Origin: Azolla caroliniana | Lineage: Eukaryota; Plantae; Polypodiophyta | Reading direction: 5' to 3' | Length of the DNA stretch: 64,000 bases | NCBI GenBank assembly: GCA_043228905.1 | Contig: JBHGNT010000003.1 | Location: 25,172,001 to 25,236,000 of the forward strand | Part shown: positions 54,401 to 64,000 of the stretch, in pieces | Numbering within the stretch: the first letter of the stretch is position 1 | How the letters are laid out: each line of letters opens with the position of its first letter | Position numbers and translations under genes: made by a program | Notes under the pieces: model-generated | What the model was told of the DNA's origin: nothing | What the model saw: only the letters and a program-made list of their open reading frames with translations | Databases searched by the model: none

Positions 54401-57400
54401 GAGTACGAATAGGGCTTGTAAACCATCATTATAAAGAGGAAGAACAAACAAATGCGTCACAGTATAGTAAAAAATCCTTCAAACACATAACGTCCATACC
54501 CAACTCCTAGTTTGAGGAATCCCAAAAGAGGAAACACACTCCTTCAATTGACAAATTATTTGAGGAATCCCACAAGCGGAATCACACTCCTTGACAAATT
54601 ATTTGAATGCTTCAACTGAAAGTATGGAAAATACAAAACCTTGTTTGCCTCTTTGTGAGGGGCAACATGTGAGGGACATGATAATTTTTCATCCCTTCAC
54701 AATATACAACCTTGAATACAATCTTATGTTTGTAGTTATTAGATTATTTAAAAATTGGCCTATGATTTCTTGTTAGGATGACCTTTCCTATGTGTACAAG
54801 TGTACACTCAGAATAAGACTTGAAAATGATTTCCTCCACAATGAAAAGGAGAATAAGACTTACCGAGTACAAGTGTACACTCAGAATGTACACAAACAAA
54901 AAGGTAGCCCAATCATGGATGAAAATTCTATAACCATCGAGTTGGAGGAAATTTTACTTGTCATATGAAGTGGATATTGATGAAGATTACCTTCAAGATT
55001 ATTGCTTATGAGTGAACTTCATTCTAGCTCGTCCTCTAAAATGAGCCATACAATTCACTCATGACCTTGATGAATATTCTATCATCAGAATTTACCCCGT
55101 TGGACTCCCATTTTGTGACATGAATGCTCTTATCCTCTATAGCTTCATGGTAGATCCATGTTGTTCTAAACCTAAACCCTTAGACATTAGTACCTCATGT
55201 TAGGCACTAGGGAGTGTACATTCCACACACAACCTAACAAATGTCTAGGATGTAAACCAACTCCTTTTCTTGCCTTGTGAAAGTCCATGGGCATTACTCT
55301 TAAGCTTTAACTCACACAATCGCTAGTGTGACTCTCTTTCACACAAGCATTAGTTGTGATTGATTTGTTGTTCCATTAGGAGAATGCAATGATTGGTGGG
55401 GATTGATGCCACCATATCCAATGTGTAGGGTCACTATTGTGTATAGTGACCACTTACATTAGTAATGCTCATGGACAATAAGGCCTATAGTAATCTTGTC
55501 AGAATTATATATCCCCTAGCAGGATTATTGATAATATACTTTCTAACTAGGGATGGCCTTTAGCAATAACTCTTTGTACATAGTGAAAGCCTTATCTAAT
55601 CACCTTCCCAGGAGATCGTGATGGATGCCAAACCCACATCTTGTCAGAATCATTGTATCTTCTAACGTGATTGATATGACTTAAGCAAAACTTGTCATGT
55701 AAATATTTCTTTAGTGTCATTAGTACCATAGTTGTCTATCTGACACTTACGTTGTCCCCCCCCCCCCCCCCTTTCCAATTTTACATTGTAACCCACATTA
55801 TTTGTTTTTCGTGTCACCAATCATTCCCATTAATTTTTATGGGTTATAGTACATTTGTTTTCACCTATGCTTGTTTTTGTTTCTCTATGTTCTTTTTCTC
55901 CTTTTCCTATTTTCCCTTTATAGAATTCCTTAAACTATTTGTCCCTTATTCTCTTGCTCTTTTCTTCCCTTCGAGAGAGACAAAGACAGAGACAAAGAGA
56001 GCCTAACATGGTAATGGTGTATAAAGGTAATATGTATAAACCTTTAAATACCTTTCCCAAGTGTGAAAAGGACATAAGTATAATTTGGTTACATAGGAAG
56101 TATAAAGGCGGTTTACAAAGGCTCTCCTTAATTGTAAGTTAAGAGCTTATTCATGTATCCATGGATTAATGGAATTGAAGACGTGCTTGTGATTTCTTAT
56201 TGTGTCATTCTTCTATCAAGTTCCCAAGTGTGGTAATGCCTCATATTTTTTCAAGTATCTGATCAATCTCATGCAAGTAATTAAGTTGTAGAGTAAGTTT
56301 AGAGTTTGCTTTAGTTGCTAGTCTAGCATGAGTGGTTGGAGGGTAAATATCGACACTTACCCTTGCTTGTCTCATCAACAAGAGGGTAAATTATGGTACA
56401 CCCCGCATACCAACTCAAGGTGTTTCTCAATAAAAACAATTGAATAAGAAGTAATGTTTAATAAGGATATTGAAAGAATTACATCTTTGGCACCACCGGG
56501 GATCAATGTGTGTATCGGGGGACTCATCAAGGTTTTAGAACAAGAGATACATGGATAAATATGTAAACAAAGACACATCTGAGTGGACAAAGAAAATTTA
56601 ATGCACAATGGTAAACTTAACTAGGAAACATGCCCATTATAACTTTAAGAAAAAAACAATAAGTATACCAGACAATAATACATCAATCGGCAAACCTTTA
56701 CCAAAATATGGTTGTACACCATATGTTCACTTGACATTGGAAACAATAGAGAAAATATAGTTATGGATTGCATTGTTTCTCTACCTCAAATACAAAGATA
56801 TGGGATGGCATTCATTGACTAACATAATTGGTTCCTTGCGTGCAGAAGCTCATAGCCACAATCGGCTCTATCGGATAACAACAGAAATAGAACGAAGGTT
56901 TAATGGAAAGCTTGGAAATATATAGAGAACACAGGAGACACACAAAGAGCAGGACAGTAAAAATTCTATTTCAAAAATCACTCTGTAAACTCTGTACATA
57001 CTAATGTGCTCGAAGAGCACTTTTATACAAGTCCTTAAAAGGACTAACAGAAGTACTGACAAGTACTTCAATGCTTGTACTAGGCTAGGATCGTAGGCCT
57101 CTAACAACCTACCGGTATCACACCGATATGGCTCTTTGATCCGATCCGGGCCTAGCGGACCATTCTTCATCCAATCTGCCTATCGGCTTGTTCACTGCTC
57201 TTGCCCATGTGGAATTTGTCCACTGAACACTCCCTCTGAAGCTCAACTTGAGGTCAGTTCGTTGTGTCAGTCCTTGTCGGTCCTTGCCTACAGCTTCTCC
57301 TGGTGTCTTCACACCTTTCTCGCGCCGCTCAACATGTCCGGTTCCATGCACCTTGACCATCTCGATCGACTTGTTTGCTCAGAAAGCCCATCTCAACTCC

Positions 57401-57799
57401 TTCGTTGTTATGACTCCGGTGCTTCTCGACTCGTCGGCTCCTCCGTGTCAGTGTTGACTTCCGCTACCTTCTTGTCCACTTGGCCTTCAAGTGATTTGGC
57501 TCTTCAGCTGAATTGATTGCCTCCGATTCATTCCGGCTCTTTTCCGAATTAATTGTCTCCAATTCGTCTTCAATCTTGAGGCCCTTCACAACATCAGACC
57601 ATGTTCGAGTTTTGGCCTTTATCTTCGGGTCGGCTCTGTCCTTCTTGACTCTGTTGTGGTTACCACCGCTTTTTCCGACTTTATCGGACGTGCCAAATTC
57701 TTTTTTTTTTTAAACAAAATATCCTTCCATTAGTTTTAGAAAAGGCACATCAGCTACAATGTTATGTTTTCCGTAGAGATTGTGCAACTATTGAAGCCA

Positions 57800-59595
57800 A
57801 TCTATCCCACAACACCTCCATCCATCACAAAATCTAATTTCATTTTTGTATGTACAAATAATTCTCCCATGTTGCCACATGCTTTCAACATACCAAAAAA
57901 TATCATCATATAAGGTAAGAGGAAGCCACAAACATTTGAGGATAAAATTGCATAGCATCCTCATTCTTATCATGCTTAGTATAGCCAAATAACACGGTAG
58001 TCCATGGTACGATATCTCCAACCAACAATAATTCATCAAAGCTTTTGGGCTTCAATTATTGCTCAACAAATGCAAGCATTAACAACGTTGTAGTGACTGT
58101 CGATGTTGATTTGAAGGGCTTGAATAATCCAAAATGCATTAAACAATTGGTTGGTTGGTGGCTCATAGGTTTCACATCCATTGTTTAGCACACCCGAATT
58201 GAAAGATCATTGAATGTTTATTGGGTTATTTCAAGCTCGCCACATTTAGCATACATGTCCACGAAAGCCTTCCCAAGCTCAATATTGTCTTCCAACAGTC
58301 TCGTACTCACGATTTCATTGTGAATTTCTATGTTGTTATCAGCCACCAGTACACTGCCACAAGCCTTTAGCAAACCTACAAGGGTGTTTGCATCCGAAGA
58401 AAGACCATCATTTTGCATTTGTTCAAAAGGATTCCATGCTTCCTATCCAAATCTATGCCGGGAATATCTTGAAATTAGTGCATTCCAAGAAGCCACAACC
58501 CGAACCGGCAGCCCCTTGAGCACTTTTTGTACTTTTCCTCCTTCACCACATTTGACCTACCAAAGCAGTATCTAGTTTCTGAACTTTACCGATCAATCTT
58601 TCACTTACAATTTCACTGTGAATTTGCTCACCTCTATGTAAAGCCCCTATGCTTGAAGAAGCCTTCGATATGCAAATAGAGGTGATTGTATTTGGCAAGC
58701 AGTGATTCCGCTACATCCTCTTGAAATAAGTTTTAGCTTTGCTTCCTTCCCCTTGCGGAACTTATCCAAAGATCAAAACATTCCACAAACACAATGTCAC
58801 GAACACAAAGCTCATCAAACACTTCCTGCGGTTTTCTCTAGCTCACCACATTTTGCATACATATCCACCAACACATTGCCGAGCTCGACATGCTTGTTTA
58901 AGCATTTCATATGGATAATCTCATGGTGGATTTGTTTCCCCCTATCTATTCCACATGCCTTCAAGATGCAAGTGAAAGTGATACCTACCTGTTTGAAACA
59001 CTTCAATGCACCTTCATTGTGGCCATGCTGAGCATATCTTGAGATCAATGAATTCCATGAGACCAAATCTTGAATTGGAAGTTCATCAAACACCAATTGA
59101 GCTTTTTCCAAATCATCGCATTTGGCATATATGTCAACAAAAGTATTATCAAGCATAACATTCTCTTCCAATAAACTTTTACATCACGATGCCAGTAAAC
59201 GTATACAATATCTGCCTTTAGTCTTCGTACTTTCTCAATGTCTCCTAATTAAAATGTACATATTGTTGTTGGTTGATTGGTTTTAGAGACAAATTGCACT
59301 TTGTATTTTGGATTGGATGTATGAGATTCCATGAATTTTTAGCTTCATGTATCCCATTGTATAGTGACACATCTTTGCCCTTCACTAAGGTTATTTATGA
59401 AAACCTTGCCCCTGGGTGATAGTAGTCCAATTACTGCAATAGCATCTTCAAAAATGCCACATTTAGCATATGCATCAACTCCCTTTCAATGATATCATTA
59501 TGGATTTCTTGCCCTCTTCTAATAGCTTTTAGGCTTATGCATGTCTTCAAGGTAAAAATATAGGTCACAAAATTCAGCATAGTCCCTTTCAACTA
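57800..59595 (-). pseudogene. PLS-class pentatricopeptide-repeat (PPR) array, degenerate
   Basis: Repeated motifs such as LGNVLVDMYAKCGELEK, DNTFVDIYAKCDDLEKAQLVFDELPIQDLVSWNSLISRYAQHGHNEGAL, ITFTCILKACG, LVGLLKACGS and DIVPWTTVLFGYTKH. Many frameshifts and stops, no introns, no E/DYW domain seen. Confidence 0.9.
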
Positions 59596-59599
59596 CTCT

Positions 59600-60271
59600 T
59601 AGAGTTCTATAGACCGATGTATGTCCCAAAGCATAAGTAATAATAGTTATACATTGACACATACCTCATGTCAGTGGTGGTTGATACCTCCAACGTATAC
59701 CACCATTAACCATGCAGAATACCTTCATCTTTTCCCATCTCTTCTTAAAAACCTCTTGCTTTCGAAAGACTACATCTGGATCACCTTTGCTAGCACCATA
59801 TTCTCCTTTTAGTGTATGCACTAAGGTCATCCAAATCTCCTTGACTACATCCACAACATTTCATTGAATTTGCTAAAATATCCACAAAACCCATATGATT
59901 ATTGAACTAATCGTCTCCCAAACCAAGCCATTTTGGACTAAATTAATAGGCATATATGGCGACACTTCCTCAACATATCGACCTCTTGTATATAATGCAA
60001 AGTTAACATTTTCTTTTTCATAATCTTGTACCTCACCCTTAATATTAGCTCACATAACTGCCCCCCATTTATATATTCTAGAGCCATAAACCTCATGCAA
60101 GAGACGTAAAAATCTTTTCCAAACCAATTTGGCAGCCATACATGACCAAAATAGCTGATGAAGAGACTCCACTTCTAAACCGCAAAAATTACACATCTTA
60201 TCCACTTCATTACAATACATCCAAGCTATAACAAGAACCGCGTTATTAACAATCAACCGCATAACAGGAAT
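59600..60271 (-). mobile_element. 5'-truncated L1-like LINE (zf-RVT C-terminal region of ORF2)
   Basis: CNFCGLEVESLHQLFWSCMAAKLVWKRF (zf-RVT-like), then IIWVLW and KEIWMTLVHTL. ORF ends ~59666. Confidence 0.8.
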
Positions 60272-63200
60272 TTGGATGTGCCGAATTCTTTAGTCGAATC
60301 GGCTCCGTTTTTCTCAGTTGCTCCTTCGATGCCTTTACCTCTCCTCCCCCTCAAGTGCGGCACGTCGAGATGTTGTAACCCAAGCATCTCTGAAAAGTGT
60401 TGCAACTTGTCGGATCCGAGTGGCTTGGTGAAGATGTCGACAATTTGCCAATCAGTTCGAACATATCAGAGTTCGACTAAACCGTACAGCTACACCCGCT
60501 CGCACACAAAGTGGTAATACACCTCGATGTGGTTTATGCGAGCATGGAACGTGGGGCTCTTTTCAAGCTACATGTTACTCATGTTGTCACAATAGATTGG
60601 GATCGGAATCGGTACTTCGATCCGTAGGTCCTACAACAACCGCCAAAACCATATGGCTTCATCGGTCGCGACGGTAGCTCCTCAGTACTTAGCCTTAGAG
60701 CTTGACGTGGCCATTGTGGGGTGTTTCTTACTCCTCCACACAACAGTCGTGCTACCAAGAGAAAACATAAAGTCAGATGTTGACCGACGATCCGACGCAA
60801 CACCGGCCCAGTTGACATCAGTATAGTTGACTAGTTATTCGTCTACACCGTGTTGGTACAACTGTCCTCGATCCTTAGTGCCGCTTACATATCGCAGTAG
60901 TCGATGCGTGCACAAAAGGTGCTCGATGGTTGGTCACTCCATGAATTGGTTGATCACTCCGATCGGATAGTTGAGTTCGGGTCGGGCTATAGTCAAGTAT
61001 ATGATGAGGCTTCCGACTATCTGTCAGAACCGTTTCTTGTTGCAGGCCACTCCAGAGTCGGGACGTAGCTTGAAATTATGGTCAAGGGGTGTCAAGACCG
61101 GTCAGCAATCCGTCATGACATATCCTTTGGCCACTAATTGGGCCTTGTACTAGTTGACCAAATCGTCGGCATTATATTTTACCTTGTATACCTACCTACA
61201 ACCGATCAGTTTGTAGTGTCGAGGAGGATCAACTAGGTCCCAAGTATCGTTGGCATCAAGTGTCCGGATTTCTTCCTCCATAGCAGCTCACCAATTCGTG
61301 TCTTTTGCTGCTTCTACGTAGCTCTCCGGCTCATGCACTTCCGCCACCTTTGTCATGTACGCGTAATGATGTGCCATATACTCGTTGCACCCGTATCGCA
61401 TCACGAGGTTCTTATGACAGGTAGATTGGTGGAGCTTCTGATTCGCCGATTTTAAGGCGCTTTTGGCCGACTCAGACTTCGTTTCCAAAGATTCTTCTTC
61501 ATTCTTTCCGAAATCAGACTCGCTTCAATATGACTTTTCTTTGTCGATGTCGTATTCCAACATCTTCTTCCGCGTGAATCATCTCCTCGGTTCCTTGTGT
61601 GGGGAGTGCACAGTTGTCGGCTCATCATTTGACTGGTCGTCCAGACTCAATCTCTCATTTGGCCCACTTAGCTGGAATGAGATTGGACTCTCTTCTAGAG
61701 CTCCGATGTCTCCTTCTTCTTCCTCCCAAATCATGTCAGGCTCACTGGCCTTATCCTCAGTGATCGAGTGGTCAGAGTTGTTGGAGGTCAGAGTCGGAGT
61801 CGATAGAGAGTACCATGATGCCGACTCATCGAACTCGACATCTCGGCTTACTCGAACTCGTTTGGTCCGGGGGTTGTAACACTTATACCGCTTTTGTTCA
61901 TGTGAGTAGTCGACCAATATACGACCAAGATGCGTAGTTGTTCCGGTCAAGCTCTTCGGTAGGAAGTGAGCTCGACATGCTTCTGTCCATTTCTCTCTTC
62001 TTCTTGTCTGTTCTTACCAAGTGTTACGGTTTTTCTTACGTAATCGTTTATCGGCAGCAAAGGATTCTCAACGCTCACGCTCTGATACCGTGTAAATTGT
62101 TACGTGCAGAAGCTCGTAGACACAACCGGCTCTATCAAATAGCAACAAAAATAGAACAAAGGTTTAATGGAAAGCAACAGAAAAATACACAGAGAACGCG
62201 GGAGACACATAGAGAGCATAATAGTAAAAAATCTATTTCAAAAATCACTCTATAAACTCTATACATACTAATGTGCTCAGAGAGCACTTTTGTACAAGTC
62301 CTTAAAAGGACTGATAGAAGTACTAACAAGTACTTCAATGCTTGTAGTGAACGACAAACACTAACTACCAAAAAATTGCCTATGTACTAGGCTAGGATCA
62401 TAGGCCTCTAACGGCCTATCGGTATCACACCGATCCGGCTCTCCATTCAGGATATCGATCCGATCGGTCTTCATCCGATCCGGCCCATGTTGAGCTAGTC
62501 CGGTCATTACAAATTAAAACCATGTTAATATCTCTTGAATTGTGTTATCGAACAATGTGCGAGCTATTCTAACTTTACAATTTATTGGTTGAAGAGAACA
62601 AGTCAAGAATTAAAAATTAGGCGAGTGGATTGAGTTGTGTGTGATGTGCTCATGATTATCTGGGTGAAGAAACACATCTTGAAATCTGAGTTCGTTTATT
62701 TTGATTTGTCATTACAAATGTGCTAGTATTATAGGCTACATTACGTGATTATCGACAGCTTGGAAGGTGTAGAGCATCGTAGTCTAGGAGATATGGTATA
62801 CAAATATGCTTGGCTATTGTATATACACATTACATCGGCCATCATGTGGGTCTATGGGATTTCAATGTGGTCTCCATTCCTCCAACTTTTGTACCTCGTT
62901 CTTGTGTTCTTATAATACCAAGGTGTATCTCTAAAGGCTTGTGGGCCTCTAGAGGACCTCCTCAAAATGCAACCACCTCAAACTGAGGACAATGTTATTA
63001 GCATAACCTTATGGGACTCTAAAGGCTAATTCTGATGGTTTGGGTATAGGATGAGTGGAAGTCGATTATCCTGTGACTTTGGACAAACCCATAAATACTT
63101 GTGCCATTTGTGCAATTTGGGATCTGCCAATGGTGCTTTACATTTATCCCTAGAGCAATTGTGGTTAACCACATGAAAACCATTGTTTTAGGTTCTAATG

Positions 63201-64000
63201 TTTTCATGCAATGATCATCGTTAGTCATCGATTAGTTGTGTATTGCCCCCTCCAAGGAAAAATAGAATTCAACCACTTTGGTAATCATGTTTGTTTCATC
63301 AAAGCTTGGCGATTGAGCTTGATGATTAGTGATATTCTAGTAAATGTTGAAACACAATCATTTGGATCCTTGTAATTGTAGAATTTTGTATATGGGATGA
63401 TAATGACTATAACCCGATTAGCACATACATTAAGTTATGTTGATTGTGATCTAATTTTGAGCATAATATAATAGATTCTAATTGGTATTCATTGCAACAT
63501 TGTGAATAACTATGTTCGACAATTAGCTTTGTTTTTAAGTTTCTAGGAGCACAGTGTTCCATCTTCAACCACATTCGATCTTAATTCCAACATTCATTAT
63601 TAAAGTTCTTGAACATCGAGAGAGCCACTCACCAACTAGATACACTACTTTAAACGTTTCATTCTTGGTCAGTACAATTTGGCCTCCCACTACCCTTGTA
63701 AATTATATCTATCTCTCAAATTCAACAATACATTACAACATTCGCATTGGCCCCAACCAACAACTTCTCCAAAATTGATAGATCCTTGAAGTCAACCCAA
63801 CCTTCAATCATTTTCGCACCTTAATTCGAAGCAACTCTTTTAATTGTGAAATGCAATCAGAAACAGCTTGCAACATGGAAAACCCGTAAAATCTAATTGA
63901 TCTTATACCATGAGGCTTTCCACCCATAGCCACATTTGGGCCCTCAGCTTTCCCTAGCTCTTCATTGAATCACACCCCCTCCATAACACTCTCTTGAATA

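Larger units (their letters stand above)
56830..62511 (-). mobile_element. Internally deleted Ty1/Copia element with two diverged LTRs, interrupted by a LINE+PPR insertion
   Basis: 5' LTR 62511-62091 (TGTAA...TTACA), PBS CGGTATCAGAGC at 62090-62079, integrase C-terminus (YSHEQKRYKCYNP), RT start (EPESYVEA...W) and RNase H (QIVDIFTKPLG). PPT-like AGAGGGAG precedes the 3' LTR, which runs from 57229 to ~56830 and is clearly homologous to the 5' LTR. gag/PR/most of INT and the RT core are missing. Confidence 0.85.

Noticed and set aside
56821-56837. 5-bp TSD for the 56830-62511 Copia element
   Set aside because: The 3' LTR terminus is degenerate; the best match (AATTG vs AATTA after 62511) is imperfect, so no TSD is claimed.

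Overview
AT-rich eukaryotic nuclear DNA from a land plant. The PLS-type PPR repeats and retroelement style suggest a fern, but that is inference. Four intron-containing loci lie on the + strand: (1) the 3' half of a SRT1/SIRT6-7-type sirtuin gene (4084-8682), with a rearranged Ty1/Copia element upstream of its first visible exon (probably intronic); (2) an intact 14-exon nucleobase-ascorbate transporter (NAT1/2-like, 523 aa; 16453-23551); (3) an intact mitochondrial-carrier gene (BTL3-like, 531 aa; 28469-34499); (4) an SC35 splicing-factor pseudogene (38586-41138) broken by a coding (TC)n frameshift and a CGA>TGA stop. The rest is microsatellites, tandem repeats and decayed retroelements. Two observations stand out. 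(a) A ~2.57-kb insertion (57704-60271) inside an internally deleted Copia element has a ~20-bp target-site duplication and a poly(A) tail, and consists of a 5'-truncated L1-like LINE followed by ~1.8 kb of PPR repeats; it looks like LINE-mediated 3' transduction of a PPR array. (b) Two inverted copies (19830-20808, 41507-42584) of a non-autonomous hAT-like element with 8-bp TSDs carry tandem tRNA-like Pol III promoter modules. All calls are by-eye readings with no database searches; coordinates of degenerate elements are approximate.
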